Notes: generated by a model from the letters alone, not told the origin. DNA of 63,668 bases, filler included, from Octopus bimaculoides (GCF_001194135.2; 5 parts of 4 records of this genome joined end to end with filler, not necessarily neighbours in it), one strand, 5' to 3'; numbered from the whole stretch's first letter, positions 1-12,123 are shown. Numbers and translations: made by a program.

Positions 1-64
1 AGTTTGTGGATTGGAGATAGGTGTAACAGCGTGGTAATTACACTGGGCACTTTCTAGTATCTAC

Positions 65-104
65 CTTGTGATCTGACTATTCCGTGTTCAAATGTTATCC
101 CGAT
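65..104 (-). CDS. Candidate exon of unidentified host gene (strong acceptor; weak donor at 64, or terminal exon running on)
   Basis: Minus strand reads cttttcttctttttcttctttctttcattttcacAG|ATCGGGATAAC. Phase 0 gives IGITFEHGIVRSQG(RY*); phase 1 gives (D)RDNI*. Possible donor AAG|GTAGAT. No homology recognised. Confidence 0.3.
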
Positions 105-287
105 CTGTGAAAATGAAAGAAAGAAGAAAAAGAAGAAAAGATAAAGTTAGGCTAAGTGATTAAGAAGCTTGCACGACTTGCATTTCAGTTCTGTTGCATG
201 GCCCCTTGTGCATGTGTCTTCTAGAATAACCCCGGGGTGCCGCTATTCTAGAATTGGATTTGCTACATGGAAGCTGAGAGAGGCCCG

Positions 288-338
<51 letters not shown>

Positions 339-374
339 TGTGTGTGTGTGTGTGCGCGCACGCATGCGTGCGTG

Positions 375-590
375 TGTTTGCAATTTTTTTCCTGACCACT
401 TGACAACCGGTGACAGCTTCTTTACATTCCCGTAACGTTAGCAGGTCGGAAAAGGGGAAATCGATAAAATGAACGCCTAAATTAATGAAATACATATTTG
501 GGACCATTTCTTTGATTTCTAAGAATAAACCCTTCGGGGTGGTGCTCCAGCATGGCCGCAATCTAATTACTGAAACAAGTATAAGATATA
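375..590 (+). mobile_element. 3' module of bipartite tRNA-derived SINE (family B)
   Basis: ttgacaaccggtg...cccgtaac...ggtgctccagcatggccgca...tgaaacaagt; the same module recurs at ~22260-22450, ~49270-49500 (minus) and ~53610-53810. Confidence 0.7.
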
Positions 591-593
591 AAC

Positions 594-724
594 GCAGGCG
601 TAGCTGTGTGGTAAGAAGGTGAGTTCCCAAGCACATGGTTCCGGGTTCAGTCCCACTGCGTAGCAGGGCTGACCAAAGCCTTTTGAATGGATTTAGTAGA
701 CGGAAACTGAAAGAATTTCGTCGT
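594..724 (+). mobile_element. tRNA-derived SINE head (family B)
   Basis: gcaggcgtagctgtgtggtaagaag...catggttccgggttcagtcccactgcg...gtagacggaaactgaaagaa with A/B-box-like motifs; 8 or more related copies in the window. Confidence 0.8.
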
Positions 725-772
725 GAGTGTGTATGTGTGTGTGTGCCTTTTAGAAAAGGTGAAATGAAATGT

Positions 773-1172
773 GGATCTATTTCATCTCAATCACAGATTT
801 TTTTATTAATTTTTTTTTTTTAACTAAACAGTTTAAAACTTCGAATACTGGTAGGATCTCTCACGTAGAACACGATTTACTCTGAATGTTTTTGACAAAA
901 TTTCGTATGTTGGAAGTTATTTCGTGTTAAAGTTGTATTTGGGTAATTTCAACCAATCAACGACGTATATTCAGTTGAAGAAAGCTACTGCTGTTTGCGA
1001 TAGTAATCGAAGAGGACAGCACTGGCATCGGCCACTACTACGAAATTTTGTCAAAAAACGTTCAGAGTAAACCGTGTACTACGTGAGAAATTCTACCAAT
1101 ATTCGAAATTTCAAACTGTTTAGTTAAATAAACATTAATTAAAAAAATCTGCGATTAAGATGGAATAGATCC
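773..1172. mobile_element. Foldback/MITE with ~135-bp terminal inverted repeats
   Basis: 773-907 (ggatctatttcatctcaatcacag...gacaaaatttcgta) is the reverse complement of 1039-1172 (tacgaaattttgtc...gatggaatagatcc), with scattered mismatches. Confidence 0.8.
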
Positions 1173-1699
1173 TGAGATGTTGTGTAAAACATGCATTTCC
1201 AAATTCTGTTTATGACGTAAACAAAGTGAGGTGTATTCAACACGGGATTGAGACCTCGGCTCATCACATACAAGTTCTAATATGTTCCACTCATATAGTT
1301 CGCAGTAAGCAATTCTCTGAAAGCCTCTATCCCTCCCTATACACATCATGGCTTATTCACAATATCAATTATCATATAAATTATGAATTCCTGTTACACT
1401 ATATGGAACACTAGAAAGTTCGCTAATAAAACAAGAGTTTATTTACCCCATGCGAACTTTCTACTTGTCGAAGAAGTAGGTGGAGGTAATAAAGAGTAAG
1501 GGGAGACAAACGAATAGAAATACGATTGAATGATGCTAAAGAAAAAATAAAGTGAGAGGAAATATGACGAAAATATATAAAGATAACATTACAAGGAGCA
1601 ATTAACAACTAGCAAGTGACTACAATAATGGAGTCTATACATTAGGGGTAGGGAATCTAATTGTTAAGAAAAATAAGAAGCAAAATAATCAAAGAAAAA

Positions 1700-1716
1700 A
1701 GTGTCTATGTATGTAA

Positions 1717-1757
<41 letters not shown>

Positions 1758-2065
1758 TATATACATATAAATATTTATATTTATATGTATGTATATATAT
1801 ATATGTATATATATGTATATATATATATATGTGTGTGTGTGTATGTGTGTGTGTGTGTGTATACATATATATATATAGATATATTTATATATGTGCATAT
1901 ATTTTATATATATGTATAATTATGTATATATACGTATACATATATGTATATATGTATATATATATATATATATATATGCGTGTATAATATATATATATAT
2001 GTATGTATATGTATGTATACGTATATATGTATATATATATATTTGTATGTATGTATGTATGTATG

Positions 2066-2096
<31 letters not shown>

Positions 2097-2120
2097 GTGT
2101 GTGTGTGTGTGTATGTATAT
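1700..2120. repeat. Compound (TA)n/(TG)n/(TATG)n microsatellite
   Basis: Direct reading; source of the spurious YI/VC/MYVC ORFs in the track. Confidence 0.95.
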
Positions 2121-2370
2121 CGGAAATGGTTGTTATTTAAAAAAAAAAACACTGTCGCTGCTACTTCAAATCATAATGTTCAAGACTCGCACTGCTGAAG
2201 CAAATAAAACTAACTTCTTCTCTTGTGAAACAGCAAAGAAGTGGGGTTGGGGAAGGGAATAATAACAGCCGCAGTGGTCTGATAATTCTGCATATGGAAA
2301 ACATCAGATCCGATGAGAAGCGAAAACATTACAATAACCGATGAGTGTTTTTTTTTTCTTGTTTTTAACC

Positions 2371-2503
2371 GCAGGCATAGCTGTGTGGTTTGCAGCCATG
2401 TAGCTTCATGTTCAGTCTCGTTCCACAGCACCTTGGTCAAGTGCCTTCTGCTATAGTCTTGTGAGTTAATTGCTAAGCGGAAACTGTTTGGAATCCCGTC
2501 GTT
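2371..2503 (+). mobile_element. Degenerate SINE head (family B)
   Basis: gcaggcatagctgtgtggt...gttcagtctcgttccacagcaccttggtcaagtg...ggaaactg; homologous to 594-724. Confidence 0.7.
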
Positions 2504-2509
2504 TATACA

Positions 2510-2510
2510 T

Positions 2511-2565
<55 letters not shown>

Positions 2566-2960
2566 CATCATCATCATTTAACGTCCGTTTTCCATGGTGA
2601 CATGGGTTAGACGGTTTGACTAAAAATTGCAGCAGGTTCCAATCTGATTTACCAGGGTTTCTACGGTTGGATGCTCTTCCTAACGCCAACCACTACAAGA
2701 GTGTAGTGGGTGCTTTTTACGTGCCGCCGGCACGGGTGCCATTGACCTGACATCAGCATTGGCCACGACTACTGTCTCATTTGGCTTGACAGGTCTACAC
2801 AAGCATGGTGTATCGCCAAAGTTTTTGGTCACCTGTCACTGCCTCCATGCTCGAACGGTGCTTTTTACGTGCCACCAGCACTGGTGCCAGTCGGACGGCA
2901 CTGGCATCGGCCACGACTACGATTTCACTCGGCTCGTCAGGTCTTCTCAAGCACAGATTT
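2510..2960 (-). mobile_element. 3' end of RTE-clade LINE, or LINE-dependent SINE, with (ATG)n tail
   Basis: (CAT)n tract followed by ttggatgctcttcctaacgccaacc (reverse complement GGTTGGCGTTAGGAAG..CATCC, a motif typical of RTE-type 3' ends); second copy at ~50905-51225. Confidence 0.65.
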
Positions 2961-4560
2961 GGTTGCGAGGACTGCAACTGGATGTTGCATATAGCATGGG
3001 TATTTTAAAGATGAGAAATTGAGACATGAGAGTCGAGAGTGCTCAAGTGGATGTGGTACGAGGCCGAAACGCCCGTAAAGTATTAGAAAAAAGCAGAGAT
3101 GAGACTCCATACCCGTGGGCCAGAGGTTTGAGTTTGATTGAGTGACTAAATTTCAATCAACCAAGTTGCCTTACTTTGAGTGCAGTCTTTTAAAGGCTTT
3201 ATATCACTTTTCTTCAAACTGATCTTGAGTTGACTATTGAACCATTTCTTTTGCTCTCCAAACAAGTATTGATTATGTAGTATTGATCATGGTTATAGAG
3301 AATCTAAGATGTACAACGTAAGTTAGACATATGCGTTATAAACAGATACATCGCAGTTGGTTCGTCTATTAGGTAGCTTCCTTTTAAAGTTACAGCTCTT
3401 GGAAGATTTCTGTGAGCGTAATTATATAACTCAAGTTAACTGTAAGTATCTTCAAGAGACATGATATGTAAGAAACTACCGAAGCCTTGATTTCGCACAA
3501 ATATTAGACAATGAAAAGAATGACTGACAAATATAGTAGGAGCTTAGTGCAAAGACTGAAAATGTTATAATAGTCTTTCTTTCTGAAGCTTCCAAAGTAA
3601 ACACCATGATGAAAAAAAAAAAAGAAAAACTCAAACATATCCATTGCATTTGGACTCCATTAAAGAAGTACAGCAGCATGAACAAATCATGTATGATGTT
3701 GTTTGGTGATTTGTGTATCTGCTCAAATTCGTGAATCTCCTCTGCTAAATCATACACACTTTACAGCTCGCATTAATATCATGTGTAAAAGAAAATTCTA
3801 ATCGGGCAAGGGTGCATGCTAGCTCCTGTTTTCTTTGCAATTTTTCTTATCTGTTTGTTTATAATGTTATATGTAAGAAAATAGAAACTAAGGAGGCCGC
3901 GTAGAGCTGTGCAGTGAAGAAGTTGGCTTTGTAATCACAAAGATCCGGGTTCTATCTCACAGCATGGAAAGCCGAAGGAGGATCATCGGCCACAGAGTTC
4001 GGCATACAAAACCCTTAGATCGAAATCTGTTAGAGGTAAAATCTGACGAAACACACTGTGTCCATGCATACATAAGCATAATTAAGACACACACTCACAC
4101 AGACACACTTCGATAGATACTTATATGTACATATAGTGATATACATGTGTATGTGTGAATATATAAATATATACATGAATGTATACATGTATGTATATAT
4201 ATATGTATATATACATACATACATACATATATNNNNNNNNNNNNNNNNNNNNNNNNNNNNNNNNNNNNNNNNNNNNNNNNNNNNNNNNNNNNNNNNNNNN
4301 NNNNNNNNNNNNNNNNNNNNNNNNNNNNNNNNNNNNNNNNNNNNNNNNNNNNNNNNNNNNNNNNNNNNNNNNNNNNNNNNNNNNNNNNNNNNNNNNNNNN
4401 NNNNNNNNNNNNNNNNNNNNNNNNNNNNNNNNNNNNNNNNNNNNNNNNNNNNNNNNNNNNNNNNNNNNNNNNNNNNNNNNNNNNNNNNNNNNNNNNNNNN
4501 NNNNNNNNNNNNNNNNNNNNNNNNNNNNNNNNNNNNNNNNNNNNNNNNNNNNNNNNNNNN

Positions 4561-4592
<32 letters not shown>

Positions 4593-4689
4593 GATATATG
4601 AATGTATATATCTATGAATGCACGAACGCACACATAAATAAATAGCATCCCTAAACCTGTACAAAGTAGATTCAACTTAAGACAATAGC

Positions 4690-4761
<72 letters not shown>

Positions 4762-5173
4762 TCACGATGATGATTATGATGATGACGATGAAACTTCAGC
4801 AAATGCCAGTAAAATTTCGGCTCCAACATTCTGTATTTATTATTAGTTTCAACTTCATACCCCCTACTATGTCATGCTAAACTCAATTAAGACATGATCC
4901 CAGAGGGGTTTTAGAAACTGTGCCAAGGGCTAAACACTGTAGATACCCTGCAAAGCACGAGTGCGGTGAAGTGTACTGCTTCGTAATTATACAACTGCAG
5001 TTTAAATAAGGTAGGTCTGTGGATGTGTATGGGTCGCATTCTAACATTGGATTGTCCCTGTCTGATCATGTGTAGTTTTTTTTTTTTTTTGCTTCGCGAC
5101 ATCAGTCTAAGCTATGCATGTGTGTGTGAGATGAGGGAGTGAAAGAGAATGTTTGTATGTATGAAAATGAATA

Positions 5174-5207
<34 letters not shown>

Positions 5208-5215
5208 TATTCATT

Positions 5216-5247
<32 letters not shown>

Positions 5248-5356
5248 CATATATATATATGTATATGTATATGTATGTGTGTGTATATATATATANNNNN
5301 NNNNNNNNNNNNNNNNNNNNNNNNNNNNNNNNNNNGTGTGTGTGGAGAGAGAGAGT

Positions 5357-5388
<32 letters not shown>

Positions 5389-5419
5389 TTAATTAATTAA
5401 TTAATTAATTAATTAATGA

Positions 5420-5770
5420 TACAAACCCAGTACTTCACTGGTATTTTATTCTATTGAATCTCCAGAAACATAGGCAAAACTGACTTTGATAACATTCGAA
5501 CTCAGAACCTAAAGCGTTAACCAAATACTGTAAGGCATCTTGCTCAATTTTCTAATGACTGTCAAACTATGGCTTCTTTTTCATACTAGGTCAAAGGTCG
5601 GAGGTTTGGTGGCCGGATACACTCAGTTATATCGAACTCTGTACTTGACTGTTACATTATTATATCGATTTCAGAAAGATGAACGGCAAAGGTGAACTCG
5701 GTGGGATTTTAAAATATGTTGTAAATACTCGCAACAAATAACAAGAGGCCTCTTGACCGCCGCTCTAAAG
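5420..5770 (-). mobile_element. Two degenerate SINE copies (family A), minus strand
   Basis: ttcgaactcagaac...ccaaatactgtaaggcat and tttatatcgatttcagaaagatgaacggcaaagg; reverse-complement matches to gttctgagttcaaattccgccgaggtcgactttgcc. Confidence 0.55.
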
Positions 5771-6027
5771 CTTATGCAAAATGATAATCACAATTAGTTA
5801 TCAAAATTGAAATTTGTTACCACAGTTCTCAAAGTTTCAAATTTGTCTTTGCTTTTCGAAACGATAAGCCCAGCTCAATCGCTTGACACACACTTGTGTC
5901 CGTATCAGCTTGGTGCACGACTGTCGGATCGAAAACCGTTTTACTCCGCAAACACTCGTTTCCACCTGGTACTACACCACCACTCTGTGGCTCAAAGGAA
6001 AGCTGGTGGCGGTGCGGCAGCACGTAC

Positions 6028-6173
6028 CGGCATGTACGAGTAGCAACCGACCGGACAAGCCAGGCGCTTGCTGGCGCCTCTTTGACTGTTTTTTTTGGGG
6101 TGGGGGTTGCGAGGGCGAGCCGGAGGAGGCAGATGGTCGAACCTTGATCGCAATCTGCAACGAGAATGAAGCG
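6028..6173 (-). CDS. Candidate internal exon in a CpG-rich patch, unidentified product
   Basis: Acceptor cttctctttttctcttctttttccAG| at 6173 (alternative ttgcAG| at 6154) and donor CCG|GTACGT at 6028. All three frames are open across the exon, e.g. LRSRFDHLPPPARPRNPHPKKNSQRGASKRLACPVGCYSYMP. Confidence 0.4.
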
Positions 6174-6701
6174 CTGGAAAAAGAAGAGAAAAAGAGAAGC
6201 GAACCAGTGGCAAAACAAACCTCTGAGTTTCGTATTTAACAAGAACACACGAGGGATTAGCAGAAAAGTACAATAATATATATTGACAGAACTGAAGACA
6301 AAATTTATTCCGCATACTAAGTGAGAAGAAACCGTTTCAATTTCTAAGATTAAAACAGACTAAACCTAAATTAAACTGCAGACCTCCATTCATTATTTCA
6401 CAAAACTTTAAATACAATATTGCAGGTGATAGGGAATCGGAAAGAAGTGATGCGAAATACAGGTAAACAACAGCGATGCCGTATCTGTTGCAACACCAAT
6501 GGTTACTTGTATCCCTTGATAAGATATGACGGTATTCATTATCAATTTGCTTGGATTCAAATGGTTTCAGTTGATTGAACTGAATAAATACTTTTCAGAA
6601 AAGGCATATTTCTCTTTGCTCATTATAAATATATGTGCATATGCACGCGCGCGCGTTTGTACTCATACACACATACATGCGCCCACGCACACACACTCAC
6701 A

Positions 6702-6779
<78 letters not shown>

Positions 6780-6885
6780 CAGATAGATAGATAGAGAGAG
6801 AGAGACAAACACGTGCGTGCACACATGTACGCATGCACACACACACTCGCGCGCGCACACACACACACTTGTACACACATGTATA

Positions 6886-7711
6886 TACGAGGCCTGATCA
6901 GGAAGTATTCGGACTGTTGCCTCAAAAACGGCGCTAAATTTTAACGTTCTTGCTCACTTCCGCTGTTTACAACAGTGCTTGGAAATTAGTAGCGTGTAAC
7001 TGTCGTAGCGTGTGACCGTCACACTGACCATGACAGAGAAAATTGTTATGGTGACATCTGCTCAGAGGCCTACGCAATGCTGGAGAAAGTGTATTGAGGG
7101 GAGTGCATGAGACACACAAAAGTATACGAGTGGTTCAGACATTTCCAGGATGACCGAAAAATGTCGATATTGACGAACGTTCTGGGAGACCCGCAATCAG
7201 CAGAAATTACAAAAACATTGCAGATGTGCGTGCAGCTATGAGAGGAAATCGTCGAATTACCAGCCGTGAGTTATCATAGGATGTGCAGATTAGTTACGGT
7301 TCAGTTCAGTCCATTATCACTGAAGATTTGGGGATGAGACGCGTGAATGCCAAGTTTCTGCAGAAACCTCTTTCAGCTGACCGAAGAGACATTCGGGTTT
7401 CAGTTGCACAAGATCTCCTTGATTGTGTCGAGAATGATGAAAACATTTTGAAAACTTTGCGTAGGCCTCTCAGCATGTATCACCAAGCTTTTGGCAAAAT
7501 TTGAAGCAGACTCTCTGCTCAACTTTTCTGTCATGGTCAATGCGACGATAATACGCTACACACCTTCCTTCCAAGCACTGCTGTAAACAGCGGTAGTGCG
7601 CATGCACAGCTGAGTTCAAGGTTAATCTGTGCCAAACAGTTTAACTCTGCGTGGTTTATCTTCGTTACTACGTATGGCAACAATCCGGATACTTATTGAT
7701 CAGACCACGTA
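6886..7711 (+). mobile_element. Internally deleted mariner element with both TIRs
   Basis: TIRs tacgaggcctgatcaggaagtattcggactgttgcc / ggcaacaatccggatacttattgatcagaccacgta with TA at both ends. Frameshifted transposase N-terminus KVYEWFRHFQ..DERSGRP..ISYGSVQSIITEDLGMRRVNAKF; DD34D domain absent. Confidence 0.9.
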
Positions 7712-7724
7712 TAGAGATAGGCAG

Positions 7725-7797
<73 letters not shown>

Positions 7798-8427
7798 TGC
7801 GTTCGTGCGCGCGTGTAAATAATATTGCGTTGACACATTTTTGCTGCCGTCACAAAAACATTGAGAAATAATTGTTGGAAATAACTATGATAAGCTATCT
7901 TCGTATACATACAATGTTCACGGACACACATACACACATAGTCACACATACAAACAGAGGAAGACAAATACAGATACAGACCTTTATACGAATACATAAA
8001 TACATACATACACATGCATATATACGTATATACATACATAATATATAAATATGTGTATGTATGTATGTATGTATGTATGTATGCTTCTCAGTGCATGGAA
8101 TTGTGTGTACATTTTCCAGTTTAGATTCATATACAGATATGAATCAAGAGCAAAAACGCGGTTAAAGATTGGCAGATAGATAAATGAATAAGCATATACA
8201 GATAGATGTATAGATAATAGTCTACATATGTGCGTATGTCTATATTCTCTTTTAAATTCTTGCATTTTTTTTTACCTTCCAGGACAAAAGGTACGGAATA
8301 CGACCAAAAATGTATATCTTGTGCATGAGAGGGTGCTGAAAAGCTCCTGGATTTAAGGATATCGTGAAAAGCTTGGCTGGAGGNNNNNNNNNNNNNNNNN
8401 NNNNNNNNNNNNNNNNNNNNNNNNNNN

Positions 8428-8439
8428 TTAATTAATTAA
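8428..8439. other. Assembly linker TTAATTAATTAA inside 100-bp placeholder gaps (also 33504, 50238, 54439)
   Basis: Same N44-TTAATTAATTAA-N44 layout recurs four times; the 12-mer gives stops in all six frames. Confidence 0.9.
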
Positions 8440-9108
8440 NNNNNNNNNNNNNNNNNNNNNNNNNNNNNNNNNNNNNNNNNNNNTGAAGTGAAGACAGCAT
8501 GTTCTTTGTCTATCTCTTTACCTTCTTGGAGATTTTTAGGTAGAATTATACTAATGTGTCCATCTGTGTTAATTTTATTAAATTCTATGTCTTTATGCAG
8601 CTGAGGATTTCTCTGCATTTAAATTGATGTAATGATTGCATTGTTCAATTAAATGGAGTTGCTTGAAACGATCGTACTGCATTACTTCTGGCTATCCTTG
8701 TTGCTTATTTTGATGTTAATCACCTTATTTTGAAATTGTATGGATAATACCGTACTAAATTCTGGTCCTTCAACTTAAGTTCCATATTCATCGGAATCTA
8801 AACGTTTGCTATATATGCACACACACACACACACACGCACACACACATACACGCACACACACGCACGCACACACGCACACACACACATACACACACACAC
8901 ACACACATATATATATGCATACATATATACATATATATATTCTCTATATACATGTGTGTAGATATATATGTTTGTATTTATATGTATGTGCGTTTGCATA
9001 TACATACATACATGTGTGTGTGTGTGTGTGTTTGTGTAGGTATGTGTGTATGTGTGTGTGCGTATAAATAAGGATGGCTTGTTAGCCAACCGAAAAGTAA
9101 AAAATATA

Positions 9109-9541
9109 TACGTCACTAAAGCGGCTAAGGGTGCGAGTTCGCTTATCGTGGGTATGAATTGTTCTGACTCTTATTTCCAGCAGCACTGGTGCTAACTAGC
9201 ACCCTTACTCGCTTTAGTGACGTATATATATATTTTCCCCTTTCGGTTGAAGAATTGGTAACAAGTCACCCTTATCATTTATAATTTTCACTTTTACCAA
9301 ATATGAAATCAGCGTATGATTGACAAGGCGAGTTGCGTTTAACCCAAGATGAAGGTAAGAGCCGCTGAAAAGCATTAATGTAAATGCGAAATCACTGGTG
9401 ATCTGGCTATGCTCGGTGCTGAGAGAGCTTACTTCCCTTGTCAGTCATTAAATAGTGCTTATCGTGGCTATGTATAGTTTTGACTCTTATTTCAAGCAGT
9501 ATTAGTGCTAACTAAGCGCCCTTAGTCGCTTTAGTGACGTA
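9109..9541. mobile_element. TA-flanked MITE with one left TIR and two right TIRs
   Basis: Left ta|cgtcactaaagcggctaagggtgc at 9109; right ends gcacccttactcgctttagtgacg|ta (9224) and gcgcccttagtcgctttagtgacg|ta (9541). Confidence 0.75.
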
Positions 9542-10560
9542 CATATATACATACATACATATATATATACACTATGTATGTATGTGTACGAGCATACATT
9601 AAAAAAATTCGTGTATTACATGGTTTTTAAATCTACAGTATACTGTATAATATTAAAGAGCAATGTTCGTCGTTTTTAAAAATATAAGATGACCGAAGGT
9701 CCAGTCATAAAGGAACTGATTTCCAACTTTGACACAAAATTTTAAGTTCTGTTGTGCTATAAGAGTTAGTATTACACGAAATACATTAGCTTTAACAGTG
9801 TACTAAAACTATGTCTCTGACTCAGCTGCTTGGTAGTTCAACAGTCGACAAAGATACTCGCTACATTTGGTAAAAACCTACATTTCTTACTTTTAACATA
9901 GATGTCTGTCTTACAATGGTGCAAGAAAACAGGATATTGTAATGTTTATGCCTTTCACAAGTGTATCGCCGGCGTAAGTGAAGTGAAGCAATTAATCAGG
10001 GAATCGGAGAAATTCTCTCGCATTCCTCCTCATTTTCCACACTCTTGGAAAATATAAATCAATGCAATGTCAATGAAAAGGTCTCATTTCGTTATCACAG
10101 TTTTTACGCTTGGGTGAAACTTTTAAATGGAGTCTTATATATATATGTTAAAAGAAACCGCTGGCAATGCCATTCATTTCTTTTGAAAGTGACATTGGAG
10201 CCACAAGATCATTTGCAAACTTAATGATTTTTTTTTTTAAGTGAAGTCAATGACGAAGGCAATGAATATATATAAAGTAGATTAACTACAATGTTGTAGC
10301 AGTACAAGTGTAACATTCTGGGCTTTGTTCTTTAATGAATTGGTTTATAACTTAGGGATAAAATTCAATGATTTTAGAGACAGAAAAAATTGGAACTCGT
10401 GATAATCGGGCCTCTGTCAAAAGGCATCTCTAACTCAAATGTAGTAATAAAATAGTTTGAAGTGTGAATCGAGATCAGGTCGCATCACATAATTATGGTA
10501 TTTTTACCAGCTACATCCACTTTTTGTTAGTATTTTGGATATTAATATAAATAACAGAGA

Positions 10561-10920
10561 GGGCGGCGGATTGGCAGAAATCATTAGAGCATTTGGAAAA
10601 TGCCTTGTGGTATTTGTTCCGGTCCTAACCACGTCGAGTTGATAAAAATAAAGTACATGTTCATTTAAAATTGCTGGCCTTGTGTCTAAAATTGCTGGCC
10701 TTGTGTCTAAATTAAAAACATTTATAAATAACCCCTTCTACTATAGGCGCAAGGCCTGAAATTTTGGTGGTGAGGGCTTAGCTGATACTTAGTTTATCGA
10801 CCCGGAAAGGGATTAAAGGTACAGTCGACCTCGGTAGAATTTGAACTCATAACCGAAAGATGGATGAAATGCCTTAAGTATTTTTGTCCGGCGTGCTAAT
10901 AATTCTGCTACCTCGCTCCC
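10561..10920. mobile_element. Tail-to-tail inverted pair of family A SINEs
   Basis: Plus copy ggcggcggattggcagaaatcattag...aaattgctggccttgtgtct (20-bp tail duplication), then minus copy aggcctgaaatttt...gtcgacctcggtagaatttgaactc...ctacctcgc. Confidence 0.7.
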
Positions 10921-12040
10921 TTAGAAACGTTTATAAGAAACAAAAATAATGTAGGCGCTTTGGGGTTATCATAATGTTTGATCTCTCCACGAGGAGACTA
11001 TAGAGAAATTACTAGGTTTTCAGTTTTCTATCAAAATTGTAGCATTTCTTTATGGGTAAATTTGGAAACTGCTAGCTTTTAAAATGTCTTAGGAAGTTTT
11101 ATAAAACACACTTAGGATTTGATTTTTTCATATAGTCGAGATATATATTGAGAGGACTGAATAGCTTAACAGATCCTTCTTAATAAAGTTAACTGTCCAC
11201 ATAGAACCCAGTTTTAGGACCACTCAGTTTATTTAAAGTATAGACTGGAGTACATATTGATATAATTCTCTGTATTTTTAAGTAGACTAGTACAATTAGA
11301 GGAGAAATTTTTTTTATGTAAATCAAGTGATTAAGCCACAAGTCGAACAACTAGATTTATACTGGACTAGTTGGGGGCTCACTTTCTACTTTTAGAAGCT
11401 TGTCACAAAATTATCGTATCATGGATAAAGAATGTTCCTTACCGCTAATTACGTTCTTCATTTTATTCAATATGTATTTCACCAACAAGTAAATGTATAT
11501 TTATTTAACTAAACATCAACTCATCTACAACCCTCTTCTTCGGCTGCCATTTGACAACAATAACTTGAAAATATAAATACAAATAATGATAATATTGAAT
11601 TAATAGACAGAAGTGAAAAATATAGTATGTTCCTTAATAAAAGTAAAGTTAGTTTTCTCTTCTACTCTACCAGTCGTATGTCTATCTTTTCAAACAGAAA
11701 GCTGTTACTTGTCTGTTCCTGTAGTGTTGTTTTATTGCTGTTTTGTTTGCTCTGAAGACAGAGACAGTATATTCCTAACAATAAAAAAAAAATCTACTTT
11801 GAACGTTTTCTTTACAATTTGAAATGTTCAGTTATTGTTAGAATTTTTTAAGGTTTCTTTTTATGCTTTTCAAGAAAGATTTATTATAATTTTATTATAT
11901 ACTTAGATGTCTCTTTTATGTCTGTTTATGAAGAAACATTCTTTCAACTTCAACATTCTTAAAATTAGTTTCCGTTTGCTTCTCTGGCGCAATTTACATC
12001 ATTTTCTCTGAACAGCAGGAAATGTAAATCTCCTGAGAGT

Positions 12041-12123
12041 TGTTATTCATCACTAGAAGGTAGACTATAACCATCCATTAGACTAATGGATGGTAATGTT
12101 CTATCCTATTGTGATGAATAACA
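12041..12123. other. 40-bp-arm hairpin/palindrome
   Basis: Arms 12041-12080 and 12084-12123 pair without indels: 33 Watson-Crick plus 2 G-T pairs of 40, 3-nt loop (counted by hand). Confidence 0.85.

Noticed and set aside
1661-2262. Many 60-390 aa track ORFs rich in YI, VC, HT, MYVC, poly-L/M/S or X
   Set aside because: They are translations of microsatellites or run through N gaps; no coding evidence.
3476-3757. Minus-strand ORF/exon with a Cys-rich alternative frame (ICSCCCTSLMESKC)
   Set aside because: No pyrimidine tract at the putative acceptor and no recognisable family.
5883-6239. Plus-strand 118-aa ORF as a single-exon gene
   Set aside because: Starts at a non-ATG codon and runs through T8/G runs; its EKEEKKR end is the complement of the minus-strand pyrimidine tract.
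6426-6462. Plus-strand 37-nt mini-exon
   Set aside because: Weak acceptor, frame-shifting length, no partner exons.
8428-8439. Recurrent TTAATTAATTAA islands between Ns
   Set aside because: Fixed 44+12+44 layout with stops in six frames marks a scaffolding linker, not biology.
8522-8612. Minus-strand 91-nt exon candidate (RNPQLHKDIEFNKINTDGHISIILPKNLQE)
   Set aside because: Poor pyrimidine tract, next to a gap, no homology, and its phase does not join the 25739 donor.
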